DNA of 64,000 nt. It comes from Chara braunii (Eukaryota > Plantae > Charophyceae). Both the position numbers and the translations under genes were made by a program. The stretch covers positions 2,724,756 to 2,788,755 of the forward strand of contig BFEA01000026.1 of NCBI GenBank assembly GCA_003427395.1. Direction: 5' to 3'. How positions within the stretch are numbered: position 1 is the stretch's first letter; each line of letters starts with the position of its first letter. Positions 11,815-25,894 of this stretch are shown here, one piece after another. The notes below the pieces were generated by a model, which saw only the letters and a program-made list of their open reading frames with translations, did not search any database and was not told the DNA's origin.

Positions 11815-12390
11815 CCGTCCCCGTCTTCACCCTAATCCACAACGCACCCTCGTTTAGGCTGCACCCGACCGGAAACATAGATTGTATACATTCTATCTGG
11901 GTGCGTGCGTCGTGTTCAGAGGGAAGAAGACGGTAGGTAGGTAGTAAGACTGTGCGCCACGCGAGCAAAGGCTTTGCTGCGCTCATTTCGGCTGCACCGG
12001 ACCGGAAACATAACTTGTATACATTCCATCTGGGTGCGTTGTGTTCCGGAGACTACTATCATCGCTTGTATACATTCTATCTGGGTGCGTTGTGTTCGGG
12101 TGAAGACGATAGTAGATTGTGCACCACGCGAGGGAAGGGTTAGTCGCCCTCATTTTGACTGCATCGGACCGGAAACATAGCTTGTATACATTCTATCCGG
12201 GTGCGTTGTGTTCAGGTGACGACGATAGTAGATTGTGCGCCACGCGAGGGACGAGTTAGCCGCCCTCATTTTGCCTGCATCGGACCGGAAACATAGCTTG
12301 TATGCATTAGTCATCTGGTTGCGTTGTGTTCGGGGGGAAAATGGTAGTAAAGATTTTGCGCCACGCCAGGGAAGGGTTTGCCGCCCAATC
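11815..12390 (+). repeat. MITE-derived tandem array, ~120-135-bp units x ~4.5
   Basis: Repeated gaccggaaacata.cttgtatacattctatctgggtgcgttgtgttc...gtgcgccacgcgag; begins with the left TIR of the 16808 family. Confidence 0.85.
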
Positions 12391-13087
12391 TAAGATAAAA
12401 CTTCCAGGCTTATATAGCCTGAAAAGCGGGTTACCCCATCAGCACGGCCTTCCTAACGAATCCGAGAACTGCATTTTAATTTTAATTTTAACTCTCTAAC
12501 TCTCCTATTGCCGCAATCGCCACTCGCGTTATCATCGACCTCCTTTTGTCTTCTTCTTCTTCTTCTTCTTTCTTCTTCTTCTCCTTTTCTACAAGTCCGT
12601 CTATACTTAGCGCCAATTCTAGCCCTGACAATTCTCTTCGCTGCTCTTCCTGCATCCTCCGTTTCCGACCACATTCATTCTCATCCCCACACACCCACAA
12701 TAGGGGCACCTCTCAAATCTCTCTCGGCTTCCTAGACCCACACGCACACAAAGGCTCACAGACAGACACGCACGCACGCGCGCACACATACTACTTCCAA
12801 ATACCACTGGGAGAACATGTACACATTCAAGAACATCTATACGACGACACGCGGGCATTGATGATGCATATAAAGTTATTTAGTGCATACAAGAACATAT
12901 GCCGACCTAGAGACGAACCCGAAAACATGCAACACGACTCTCATATGCATCAGGCAAAACCGACAGGGTTCACTGAAGACCAGCATATGCGATTCACTAC
13001 ACGGCCGCTGATGGCAATCACCTGCTGACTGCAACATGAAAAGTCAACGCCAAGCGCCGCATATTACACCCGTGAGGTGTACCCTCC

Positions 13088-13186
<99 letters not shown>

Positions 13187-15334
13187 TTCTCTCTCTCTCT
13201 CTCTCTAGCACCGACCAGCCAGAGGCTACCTGACTTTGACCGCCTGTCCTGGTCGCTATTGCAAAAGAACTACAGCCCTCCTCAATCCATAATGCCGGAC
13301 ACTTTGGTACGTGTGCACTCTCCTTACTACGATCGGCGTTCATTCATATATTACACTCGAGCGTTGTTCCCACCCTCTTTCACACTTGCCTTCGCTCTCC
13401 CTTTTCCCCCTCCGGTCACAAACGATTCTCCGCCTCCACTTCCTCTCCTCCTCGCCTGCACCGCCCCCCCACCCGTCCTCACCCCGCTCCTTTCTCTACA
13501 CCTTCCCCTCCTCGACTTTCCCTCCACCTGCCCCCCTCCCACGCCACATCACCATATCCACATGATCATCGTATCGCCATCAATATCGACATGCTCGCAC
13601 TTCATTCGTTTCACCTACCTAAGCTAAGGTTGCCTCATCTGGTTCCATCATTTAGGGCCTGGCTCCGCTACTCACCGAATGTGCAAATGAGAATGAACGA
13701 GAATGAATCTTCCGCTAGAACGTGGGAAGATACTTTCGGGCATACTTTTTGTCTTCCGTGCATCCTACACGGTCAGCAGGTCAAGCGAGAAAAGAAGGGA
13801 CACCTTCACACTCACTGCCCACTAGGAAACATCCTTTACTTCCCTTAGCGACGACTTGCGACAGCAGCTCTCCACGTCTCAGCGCTCCTCTACCGTTTGT
13901 ATCGAAAACATCGGCAATTCATCATGCCTCTCCGAAGACATCCAATCAGGAAACTCGTCTGCCATCGCTACCCTTTATAACGATCCGTCCTACACGGATG
14001 CTCAAGGAGAGATGAGCGCCGCCATCCTTGCAGCTATTATTTGTTTGTTATCATTCACTTTTTCGACGTGAATCACTGGGGGTTGGTTTGCTTAAAATGG
14101 CATTTAAGCCCTCTCCACTCCACTCCACACCCACAACAGCCCTCCCCACCCGACCCCGACACTCACCCCCAGAAACTTTAATTAACTTCCAAACGTCTTG
14201 TGTATGGAACTGATTCCTTCATCAACCTGTTTTTCATAAATCAGCCCGTGACTTACTCCACTTGCTTAGTGAGTCAAAAACAGTCAACTTAATGAGAACT
14301 TAGCGAATCCAATATACTGCAAACCAATCGCGCGCTCGATGTCCTCGACTGCCATTCACTCCTACACGTATCACTCCTGAACCCATATGCACCGTGTGAA
14401 AACACTACAGCGCGAAAACATCCACTTATGACATGTGTAATTACGTGTATCATCATTATGGCCATTAATTAGGTAGCCCCATTCTTGTGTGCGCTGTTCT
14501 CCGCGCCATACAGACATGTCGGGGTGAAGACCAACGTGCACCACATTTTCCCNNNNNNNNNNNNNNNNNNNNNNNNNNNNNNNNNNNNNNNNNNNNNNNN
14601 NNNNNNNNNNNNNNNNNNNNNNNNNNNNNNNNNNNNNNNNNNNNNNNNNNNNNNNNNNNNNNNNNNNNNNNNNNNNNNNNNNNNNNNNNNNNNNNNNNNN
14701 NNNNNNNNNNNNNNNNNNNNNNCTTTTCCTCTTTCCCCCTATCCGCTTTTACCCCCGATCGCCCTCAACAATCAATCCCCCCATATTACACAGCAATCCC
14801 TCGCGAACCCCGTCGAGTCAAGCTCATTGTAAGGAAACGAAAAACGGAAAACGAAAACAGCAATTGCCTTGCCTTTCTTGCAATCAGGTCACCCAGGACA
14901 TTTCTTACACTACGCAAAACACATTAGGCATACGAACAGCAATTCATTTGCTCCAATCGCTTTAAAAAAACAGCAGGCCGAAAGAAAACCGCCCAGCGGA
15001 GCAACATACACGCACAAAAGAAAGAGAACCAGACCCATCCCTGCATATGAGAGAGGATACCAAGACAATCCACCAACGAGGGGGTTAAGAAGTCCATCCA
15101 TTCACAAGCCAAGGAAATTTTCATTCACAGGCCACGAGAGGGGCACAACAGGGGCGCAAAAAGTCGAGAAGACAAGCGCGGTCAGCACAAGCGCAACGCC
15201 GCCAGAAACGAGCTGCAATCCACAAAGGCAACAGACGGGAACCAGGTAAACAAGGATATGTGACGCGCGCACTGGGCAGAGACGAGACCCCAGCAGCAGA
15301 CAAGATGTTACGTGGCGACCAAACACAAAACGGG

Positions 15335-16200
15335 ACTTGAACACTCCACTTCTAGCGTGACACGCATTGACAAACAAACCCATGTGTTCATGCAGACCAG
15401 GGCAACACTTGAACACTCCACTTCTAGCGTGACACGCATTGACAAACAAACCCATGTGTTCATGCAGACCAGCGCATCGTCGAGGGCAACACACATCGAG
15501 AGACGTTCAGACCGCGGGAAGCGGCCACCGTCGGGGTTGCCACATACACGGGGGACATGAACGACGGCGATAGGTTGGTTGCTCCGCCACGCATGAACCG
15601 AGTGGAGCGGTTAGAAGCGGGAGCGCAAACAAGCGGGAGCGCACCTTACGAGCGGGAGCGCACCTTACGAGCGGGAGCGCACCTTAGAAGCGGGAGCGCA
15701 AACGAGCGGGAGCGCACCTTACGAGCGGGAGCGCAAACGACCACGTAAGGTGGGCGCAGCGAGGCAGTGCGCATCCACAACATCCCGACAAGAGTATCAT
15801 ACGGTGGAAAGGGACGAGTCAAGAGGCGAGAAGCAGGAAACACAGTAGGGAAGGAGGCAGAGGCCACTGCGCGCTCATGAACACAACAGGGGCGCGGGGA
15901 GCAGCGGGCTGCACACAGCACCGTGAGATGAAGCACGCACGAGGGGAAGGGCGAAAAACCAAAGAAGGTTGTGTGCAAACGCGCCGGGGCAAGTACGCAT
16001 CCACGACATCATCGCGGACTGTGTATAATACGGTGGAAAGGGACGAGTCAAGAGGCGGGAAGCAGGAAACACACTAGAGGAGGCAGAGGCCACTGCGCGC
16101 TCATGAACACAACAGGGGCGCGGGGAGCAGCGGGCTGCACACATCACCGTGATGAAAGGAAACACGCTGGCGTTTACGAGACAGTGTAGTCGAGGGAAGG
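15335..16200 (+). repeat. Local tandem duplications downstream of CAF1
   Basis: 72-bp unit x2 (15335-15471); gcgggagcgca minisatellite (15615-15737); ~230-bp duplication (15799 vs 16028). Confidence 0.85.
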
Positions 16201-16807
16201 GTGCTCTCGTGCAGTTCATTACACAGCCGTGTTCAGTGCGCACAAAAAACGCCAAAATAGATTTGAATAAAAAACGACAAACGCTACGAGAAGCGCAAAC
16301 CAACGAGCAACACCCGCGCAACGGCACGCCGAGCACTCGCGGGTGAACACTCAACCGAGTTGCAGCGAGGCTCGTGTACCAAGAACTTCCCCCACACACG
16401 GGGTGTCCCAAGCCAACCCCCCTGACCCATCCTTCTCAAACCTCCGCACGGAATGGAGAGAGTGCAAACCGCGCAAGCTAGACGAAGAGGGGCCTGCCTG
16501 TAATTGGTTAAGGGAAACATGTCACTGGTTAAGGAAACGCGAACGGTGTACCGAAGGAGATACTTTGAAGTACACAATATAAATAATTGCGGACGAACAC
16601 TGAGAGGAAGGAGCGCAAAGAGCCGCTGCCGCTGTCAGATAAGGCATACGCAAAGCACAAGGGCACAAGGACGACACGCGGCATGCACACGCTCTCCCAG
16701 GGGGATGCCCACCAAAGAAACAACGAGCGGAAACAACAAAGGAGATGACGAAGGAACACGCACGAGCACAAAAAACAACAACAAGGGAACCAACACGATA
16801 AACACTA

Positions 16808-16912
16808 CCGTCTTCCCCCGAACATAACGCACCCTCAATATGAACGTATACAAGGTATGTTTCCGGCCCGGTACAGTCAAAATGAGGCTGCGTTGTGTTC
16901 GGGGGAAGACGG
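16808..16912. mobile_element. 105-bp Tc1/mariner-pogo-type MITE
   Basis: TIR CCGTCTTCCCCCGAACATAACGCA / TGCGTTGTGTTCGGGGGAAGACGG, with TA on both sides. Confidence 0.85.
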
Positions 16913-17999
16913 TAGACCGCTGGCGAGCACTCGGCTAATTATGAAGGAAACGGGACAAAGAACAGGAACAATCGAATGCGCGCCAACGAGGCATGGAGAC
17001 AGAAGAACGACAGGGAAGAGCGGCGAGAAGGAAAAAACAGCACATCAGTGGCAAGCACTTATGAGAGGGGAGAACGCAAGAAAGAGAACGCAAGAAAGAG
17101 AACGCAAGAAAGAAAATGTGACCCAGCGAAAAAGAAGCTCCTGACGAGAACTGACGACCGGTAGACTGAAAGAAAGAAAAACAAAGACAGACCCCCACGA
17201 GAACGAACGTAACCAAACATCATAGGAAGAACACCGAATAGACGGATTTCGGCGGGAAGAGCCCAGAGAACGACCTTGCGACGACACCAAAAGCAATGGA
17301 GAGCGAAGAAATGCACCTCTCTCACCAAGAAAAGACTAAGCAAATGCACATTAGAACGCAAAGGAAAGAGCGAAGAGAGGGGGGGGGGGGGGGGGGGGGG
17401 GAGGGGAGGGAACGGAGACGGTGGGTAGTGCAAGGCTCTGAGCAAAAGAGAGTGGAAACGGTATAAGCAGCAAACAAATAGCTTCCAGAGGGGGGAGATG
17501 GGGCAAACGCGGGAAGTCCATACGAGGGAGACAACATGGGTATACATGATGAGAGCCACACTAGGCGACGGGAAGGGGGCACAGAAACGGATCAATTCAA
17601 GAAAAAGAAAGAAAAGAGAGAAGAGAAAAACAAAATAGACGCAGTCGATGGGAGAAAACGAAAAAGTAAGGGAGGGAAACGAGAGAGAGAGAGGAGGGGG
17701 GGGGGGTCAAGGGGCAAAAGGAGCGCACAGGCAAGAAGAGAATAGATGATTTTACAAAATAGAAAAATGTTCCTACTTTCTTGTCAATGGAAATGCGGCC
17801 TTCGCCGCGAGGGAAATTATAGACAATAAGTTCGCCCTGATAGGAAGGTGGAAATGAAAGAGGCAGCAGCTGTTCGATGAATGGATTGAAGGATGGTTCT
17901 GATCTATTTTAAATCTTCTCTCACACTCGCTCTCTTTTCTCTCTTTCACTCGTCTCTTCTCTCTCTTCTCTCTCTTCTCTCTCTCTGAAATTCTTCTCT

Positions 18000-18815
18000 C
18001 TAGGATTCACAATCTACACCCAATCCGTAAAGGACACCAATGTACTTTTCCGTCGACCCATTGAAAAACCCCTCCTTGAGCTTCTTGAATGCACACGATG
18101 TTACGAGGCTATCCGACCCCGCCTGATGACAAGGGCCAATTCTCTCCACCTCCAGTGTCTCCGCCAGCCGATTGAGCCCTCCGTGCAGATTGTCGCAGAA
18201 TTTCATCAAATATTTTACATCGTAGATCGTCGGGAAGTAGGTTCTCAGCAACGCGAAGAACTCCGACTCCCCGCTCGGTAGGTTCTGACATGTCAACAGC
18301 TTCAACAAATAACCGAAGTCGTAGCCGCTGTGGAAGGTTATCCAATGGATGCTATCGTTGAGCACGATTCCCGATGACATCAACAACTCGCCAAACCGTA
18401 CCGAGTCGATCCCTCTCTCCTCGTTCTGCTTGAAATCTATTCCACTCTGTCTCAACAGCTCTATCGAGTCGTGAGCGTACATGTCCTCTCTCGGATTGAA
18501 CTCCCTGAAGTTAAACTGCCACACGCAGAACTCGTTGGTCCCACACTGGGGCAAGTTGCCGTTCTCGTCCGCGAACGTCAGCCCCAGCTGAATCAACTTC
18601 AGCATGTCCACATTGCACCTCAAGGTCTGGTAGTGGTACTCCGCGCTCGTCTTGAACGAACCCACCGGTCTGCAAACGATTCCAGGGAACTCCGTGTCCA
18701 TGGCGAGATAAGGATAGTCATCTACAATGTCCCTTATGAGTTCAAATTCATCTTCAAGATTATCGGCCCATACCTCCCGGATGTGGAGGGTGCCGCCTTT
18801 AGGGATGCACGACAT
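18000..18815 (-). CDS. CAF1: CCR4-associated factor 1 (CAF1/POP2/CNOT7-8 family) DEDDh poly(A) deadenylase, 271 aa, intronless CDS
   Basis: Clean ORF with [13 protein letters not shown] (D-x-E), [26 protein letters not shown] (D), YDVKY, GGL, HQAGSDS (H..D) and GVLYGLG motifs; all DEDDh catalytic residues are present. Confidence 0.97.
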   Translation of the reverse strand: MSCIPKGGTLHIREVWADNLEDEFELIRDIVDDYPYLAMDTEFPGIVCRPVGSFKTSAEYHYQTLRCNVDMLKLIQLGLTFADENGNLPQCGTNEFCVWQFNFREFNPREDMYAHDSIELLRQSGIDFKQNEERGIDSVRFGELLMSSGIVLNDSIHWITFHSGYDFGYLLKLLTCQNLPSGESEFFALLRTYFPTIYDVKYLMKFCDNLHGGLNRLAETLEVERIGPCHQAGSDSLVTSCAFKKLKEGFFNGSTEKYIGVLYGLGVDCES

Positions 18816-21800
18816 CTACCGCACTTACCTACCTCCCCGCCGCTCTAGTGACAGGAGCTGCTGACAGCTGAGCGCCGCCGCCACCACTGTCCTGCGCCGC
18901 GTCAGGAAAAGCCCACAAGAAAGCCGTTCGAAGCCACCGCGACCGTCTACTAGCAGTCGGCGACCGAGCGCATGTCACCAACGACCACCCCACACTCACC
19001 GGTCGCGGACCAGCGACTACCTGCGCTCGCCTTCCTTCTTCAAAGGAGACTTCACTTCTTCTTCTGCTGCTGCCACTGCTGCTGCTGCCGTCCAGCTTCG
19101 TGAGGCAGTCATAAATCATGCCCTCCGCTACGTCGTGCGGCGGCGAGCACGCCTTTCGCCCCCCACCACCACCACCCACTTCTCTCTCCCCCCTGCGGAC
19201 GCCAGAACGTCCGTCGCCCTCTTCCTTCGACACCGTATCCAACTCCCCCCCGCGCGCTCGCCTCGCGTTGCCGTGGCAATCCCCCCTTTCCAGCACTATA
19301 TACCTCGCTGACCGTCTGCCTCAACCCTCCTCCCTCTCTCCACTCACCTTCCGCCTTTCCTCTTCGTTTCCAGAGCGCAAAGAAGAACGCACCCCACTCC
19401 CCTCCCCTCCCCTCCGCGCGAGATATCCCACCCTCCCTGTTCTGTACGTATGTACTCAGCCTATCCAACCAACAACACAATCTTGGCCAAGCTGCTGCTC
19501 GCTCTTGCGAGCTCTCGATCAATCAACGAGTACTTCCAAGCCGCGAGGGAAAATACCTGTTGCCCGTTCGCTCGCGCAAGAAAGCATAAGGTTGCTGCCG
19601 TCGTCTCTATCTACCCTCCAAACTACCCTCACTGCTACTGCTTTGCATGTCTACCACCTCCACCCACCTATACTGAAGCGATTCAACAAGGTCACGAGTA
19701 AAGGAGCCTCTTCTTCGGAAGGAAGAGGGCGAAGAACGCTAATAAGGGCGTGCGGCAAGCGCACGACGTCAAACAACGACGGCGACGGCGGCGACGACGC
19801 TGTTCTGACTGATGCCACAAGCGACTCGATTGTGATTTCGAGTGAGTAGTCGCTAGCTTATTTACTCAGGCAAGGTAATAGAGTAGTAGATAGATTGGAG
19901 TGGAGTACTATCACCAACAACAAGAGCGCCGGCGGCTTTCCGCGCCAGCTGCTGAAAGCAGAACTCAACCGAACGGACTGAAGCGGTCACAGATGGCCAC
20001 ATGGCACGTCGTGCTTTCTTCAATACAAGGACACGCCAACGAACGATTGAACAACGACTGAACGAACAAAAGGACGGCCGGGCGGACCGACGGGCGGACG
20101 GACGGGCGGGCGGGCGGACGGACGACGGACGAACCGGCTGACGGACGGACGGAGGGAGCCTTAAAACGCGCAGCTAAGGCGCGTAGACTACGACTTCCAA
20201 TCCTCTTCGCGTCGACGAACCGCTGGCTATGGCGCTGGGAGAGTTCACAAACCCCTGCTGAGTGAAACAAAAGCCGCGAGTAACGGGTAGCCGCAGTTGT
20301 TCTCGCTGCCTTGCCCTCTCTCTACGTGAACCACCCGTCCACTCCCGCCTTGACCCGATTCACTCACAAATCCTCTCCCCAGCACCAGCACCAGCACCAG
20401 CAGCAGCAGCAGCAGCAGTAGTACCTCAGAGAGAGCCCCCTCCCACCCACCCATACACCCACCCACCCACTCAATCACGCTCCCTCTCTCGCAGCTCCGA
20501 CTCTCTCACACTCACACACTCCAACCGGACCCGCCTCCCGCCCGCCACCCGCTTGCTCTACTTCTCTTTCGCCAGTGGATTCAATTCAATTCAATTCCCA
20601 CAGAGCATCCCACGGCAGCTCCATCCACGTGCCGACTCGACGCTGGCGCCTTCCGCCCACACGGACGGACGGATGGTCCACCTCCTCCCGTTGGCAGGGG
20701 CAGGCGGGGCTGGTCGCTGGTCGAACGCACGCGCGCGACGCGCCACCAACGTAAGAGGAGGAAGGGAAGAAAGGCGAGTGCAGCAAAACTGAAGAAACCA
20801 TTTCACTCTCGTCCCCCACGGCCAGGAGCCGGCGACCGGACCACGGCTAAACCAGCTGAGGTGTGGTCCCAGCGGACACCCAATTACTGGACGTCCGCGG
20901 AGACCAAGCGCAGCAACGCGGAAACCCACCCCAACCTGGGCGGAGACCCCGCCCAGCGACCTTCGCCGCTCGCCCCCCCAAGCCGCTACGGTAGCATCAG
21001 TCAAGGAACCTATACCTACCTCTGTGTGACGCGGTTCACCGCGGCGGAGTCGCGGAATCGCGGAATCGCGGCACCGCCAAGCGTATCGTTGAGTATCGTA
21101 TAGTATCCTCCAAGCCCGCGCCGCAGTGGCGGGAGCTGGTTGGCTCGAAGATTAGACCAGGTTCATGACCCGTTTACCACGCAATTTGGCACGCCGCGCG
21201 CCGAACCCCCGCGACGCGATGGAAAACCCTTCCACGTCTGAGGGAATACACTACACACGCCACTGGTAGGAGGACTTCATCGACCGAATCTGGACGTTGA
21301 TAGAGCCATATGCACCCGCGAAGCTTCCTAAGGTAGTAGTAGAGCGAGTATCCGAGGATCCTATTCAATTCAAGGTCGACCATCCGAGGATCCTACTACC
21401 GATACCGACCGACCGGTCGGCCCTCCGTTCTCCCAATCGGTAAAAGAGCTGCCAGACAGACCGTCATAAAGCGCCCACACGTGGCCCGCACTCCGCCATC
21501 GCTAAACTCAAAAATACCCCCACTCACTCCGCACTGCCCCAGGCCTTCCGCCCACCCGCTCTAGGGGGTCTCCGCATCTCTTCTTCCGTACGCGCGTACA
21601 ACCCCCCCCCCTCCAGTCCCACCGTGTGCGGCTTTACCATTTCCTGCCCCTGCCTAAAGCCTGGCTATCGATAGAACCCTAGTTTAGTAGCCCCCTTCGG
21701 AACTCCAGTCAGATCGTCCTGGGCGGAACCAGTCTGGTTCTCACAGACCATTTTTTTGGTCCTGTGTCCACTCACGACCAGGCCTGGAGAAATGTTCAGC

Positions 21801-22109
21801 GATTCAGCGATTCAGCGAAGGCCAGGGCCCGCTCGGAGTGGGTTGGACGGATTGGCTCCCGTCTGTGCTTTTTCTTTCTGTCGGTAAGATGGCGGGTTTT
21901 GATTGCTGCCCCAGGGGTTGGGCCGTCTGTGCTGTTTTCTTTCTTTCGGTACGTAACTCGGCGGGGTTTTATTGCTGCCCCCCAGGGTTGGGCCCTCTGT
22001 GCTGTCCTGATCTGTACCGCACCCAGATGGCCCTGGTACAACCGGACAGGCCCAGCCCGATAAGAATCTCCTCATCTTCGAGTCGTGCAAGTTTGAAAGG
22101 GATTAGTTC

Positions 22110-22240
22110 CCAAGTGACTGGGAACAGTCCTGTGCCACGTGCACCTAACCAATTGCAATGGCTCCCGATTTTCCGTATCCTTTCAGTCCTCTGAACTTTC
22201 TGCATTCGCTCTGCTCTGACCTCTCTCTCTCTCTCTCTCN

Positions 22241-22334
<94 letters not shown>

Positions 22335-23580
22335 AAGAAAAAAGAAACGCACACAGGGTGCAGAGCATGCACCACAAACAGAGAGAACCCCTGTAGTGCA
22401 GGGTTTCCTGTGTGTCCTGGCGCTCCTAGGGATGCAATCATTATGAAAAAGGGTGAAGGGCAGAAACATAGCATACCCACATTTGAGAGCACAAACCTAG
22501 AGTTGTCAGAATGCACCTGCGCATTTGCAATTCCAGGTGCATATCATGTACTTGGGCCTCTGCACATCCTGGTGCATCCCGACAAGGCTAGCTTTTGATT
22601 GGCTAACCTGAGGGCAGTATTCACCTACTTCTCCTCGAAAAGAAAAGGAGGATGTAATCATGCCTCGGTTACATGGTGGAAGGCTATACAGAAACCTTCA
22701 TAAGGCCGGCGAGTCCCCCATTTTTTTCCCCTTTACAGATCATCCTCGTTATGGCCACTTGTTGTTCCAACGGTTGGAGAAGCCTGTTCCTGCTCGCACA
22801 CCTGGGCAAGCAGACAAATGGACGGATCAGATGGGTTGTCTGTTGCTTCCATTTTCTGAATCCTTGCTTTCTTTCCTCTGCCCTACAACTTTCATTTGCT
22901 GCATGTTTATGCTTGCAGGTCATTGGGTGGACCATCCCAAAGACACCCACTTGCTGCGAGCGGAATCATGGGCCAACATTTTCTCTCTTATACCATAGAA
23001 CGTATTTGTCAAACCAGAAAAAGAATACCAACTGTAGTTTCCCCCATGACGATCTAAAGACTGCGGAACAAGCTTTTCCGTGACCATCTTTGGATCGAGG
23101 TTGAGGAGGATCTGTTTTTGCTGTTGCTTGAATTTGCCGCTTGTTTCAGCACTTTTACAGCATTGTAGGATAAGATAATTGGGAAAGGTGTGTGCCCTTT
23201 GTCTTTTTGGATTCTCCTCACATTGCGATTTGTATGACTTTGTCTTCTGCAACTTAGAGAGCCCACAAATTTTTGAATTAGATTCGTTTGCCATGTCGGG
23301 AGTGGACGCAGAGAACCGAGGCATCTGGAGCTTTGTTTTGGCTGTATGCCTGATATTTTCCATTACTTCTCTATCTTCTTGAGTTCTTATTGCCCGTGAG
23401 CGCCTTCCCCCTGCTTCCTCTTGCATTCACCCTTGCGTATGTGCACCGTTGACTTTCCTTCGTGACCCACCCTCCTTCCTTTTCGTGCTCTTCCCACTTG
23501 TCGTTCTCCCTTATGCTCTTCTTCCCTTTCCAACCATTTTTTTTCCCTCCTTCCCATCTCTCTCTTGTTTAATTGCTCCA
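22110..23580 (-). pseudogene. Possible decayed retrotransposon gag
   Basis: PRFSAS..., SWYSFSGLTNTFYG...SARSKWVSLGW resemble the retrotransposon gag core; a frameshifted xSHCNWLG-HVAQDC knuckle lies at ~22120-22165. Confidence 0.35.
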
Positions 23581-23954
23581 GCAACCATAGATGGTGGATC
23601 TTTGTTTGTAGTCAAGCTACCCCAGCGAGCATGCAAGAGCCCTTGGTGCTCTCTTCACGAACAACCGGTCATATAGATTGGCTAGTTGCATGGCTGGTTG
23701 ATAGGTCAGGAAGCCCTGACATATTCGTGCTACGTTAAGCAGGGTTTTGGGCGAGTTCCTTGCAACGGATTCTAAGACCGTGCACAAACCTGACCTGGTG
23801 ACTAGCCCAAGCACGGTAACAAATCAACTGCATGGTTGCATGTACTCGATAAGAGAGTCAAGGGGTTGTTGCCAACACACCGAAGCCTCTTATCATTAAA
23901 GACACTCTGCTGTGGAGGTTGGTCAAGGAGCGCAATCACATCCATGATTACTTT

Positions 23955-24618
23955 TAGCGCTACGAGGTTAACCACTTAGCTCGTGTGTCAGCCGACACTT
24001 GAGTGGTGAATGTGACCGTCAAAACCATTGAGGGCCGCGTGGTCATGGAACCACATAATATGCCGTCATATTGAGCGCTCATACTCTTATACATGACAAA
24101 GTTGTTAGTAATTCGAGGACGCTAACGTCACCACACCAAACTAGTTACGGAACAGATGAAAAAAATACTAGGCAAGCGAGAAAGGGTTGGTGAGCTATAT
24201 TTATAAAGTTAAGTCACGTGGTTGGTTTTAATGTCATAGTGACCGACATTGGATCTCACACGAGAGATCCAGGCCTCGAGCGACCATTCCCGCATGGGTT
24301 CGATCCGGACATTAATCGCACGTACCCCCTATGCTACAACATACGAAAACGCCCTTGGTTGATCCAGCTCTGCGACTGCAAGCAAAAACCCTCGGACACG
24401 GGTTGGTAGCTCGACGGGGATACACTTACCTAGGGATGGTGACAACTCTCATGGGTGGAGATAGGTTCTACCTTGCGGGATTCTATCATGTGTAGGAGTT
24501 CGTAAGAGGTATAGCTGGCGCACATGGACGGAGCGACAATGCTCCATGACGTCTTGCGTCTGCGAGTTCTGCATGACGCGGCCAGGAGGGTCCCCAACCG
24601 GGACCGATACGCTCGACA
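23955..24618 (+). mobile_element. 3' terminal fragment of a related LTR-type element
   Basis: Colinear with 38390-39084 (gtgtcagccgacactt, cgtaccccctatgctaca, tggtagct, gaggtat.gctggcgcac, gggaccgat..gctcgaca); same ...CTCGACA terminus. Confidence 0.75.
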
Positions 24619-25400
24619 TCATATTTACCCTGAAAGGAAATATTTTTGCAATCTCCATCATCCTCTTTGAGGAAGTACCAGTACTGAGGCAAAGTCATCG
24701 GCGGAGCAAGTTAGGAGTGGGGTGTCAAAATCTCCATATCCTGAATCACATGCCCAAATAAAAGTATTGATATGGGTAAAGGAGTGATTTACTTCTTCCA
24801 CCAGGGACAGTTCATGAGGGAAAAAATCATCATATTGACGAAACCACCGGCGTGGTCGACAATATAAGAAACACAATTGAGAAACTCAATCTTCTGGTAT
24901 AGCCTGCAAAATAGAGACCAATCGCAAACACCGGTGTGGCAAATATAAAAAGGTAGTGCAAAACTCCTCCATTGCATTTCATGCCTTTCTTTGGTAGTCT
25001 CAGAGGTGTCGAACAAGAAAAACACCCCGTTCCATCAATTGCCTCCCCAAAGCACCCCGAACACCCTACAATGAGAAAGAAAGACCATTATCGATAATTA
25101 TGAATGAATTGTTGAAAAAGGGTTGTGGTAAAATATGTGAGTACAAGCTTTAAGTGGGAGGGGAACAAATAAAATTCCACCTTGCATCAAATCTTCAAAA
25201 TCTTGGACCAGGTGGAATGGATCTGAATCTGAACTGGCAAGGCTAGGTGCATCAAGGTTGTCCAAGCTACATGTTGAGAAAGACGCAAAATTTTGGATAA
25301 AAGCATACCAGCCAACTATTTTCACACTTCAAGATCAACGTTTCATTAGGAGCCATGCTACCACTCAACACTGCAAAGCTGATACTTGGAAGGAAGGGTT
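24619..25400 (-). pseudogene. Degenerate L1-type AP endonuclease fragment
   Basis: YGDFDTPL (GDFN-like motif) in ORF 24486..24876 region and a weak N-terminal APE-like pattern; cut at 24618 by the LTR-type terminus. Confidence 0.4.
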
Positions 25401-25894
25401 GCTGGAAGCCTTTTACGTTTTTGAAAGTTGCCATAACAACTTGGCAGTTTGTCTTTTGCAGTTGAAGTCAGGTAATGGCCTCATCCGTTGAAGGGGTTGG
25501 AATTCGGATCTTTTTTAAAGTGGCTATATGTGGTAGACAAATGCTCACGCACTCCCGATATTTGGCCGTATGCAATATGGGGGTGTTGGATCATTGGTCT
25601 TACAATCTGTGGTAATTTGCATATTGCCCCTGTGTGCCCTTTTGACATTGGTTAACATTTGTTAAATATCTATCCGATTTCGGGGGTCTCCAATCTTTTC
25701 CTTGTGTCTTTGTTACTGTTGGTTTAGTTTTGGACAAGGCTTGATATTTATGTTCATAGCGTTTCAGAGAGTGAGCGGTGGATGTCTTGAGTGTAGGGAA
25801 AATTTTATGCACCTCTTACAGGTCCATGCCAAAAACTTGTGGATGCAACAATGATTAGAATTTGAGAAATAACATATGCAACATCACAAACTTT

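Noticed and set aside
11840-12390. CRISPR-like repeat array
   Set aside because: Whole units repeat with no unique spacers, the context is eukaryotic, and MITE amplification explains it.
19118-19849. 243-aa + strand ORF and other ORFs in the GC-rich region upstream of CAF1
   Set aside because: Low-complexity S/P/R-rich translation with no recognisable domain, as expected by chance in GC-rich leader DNA.
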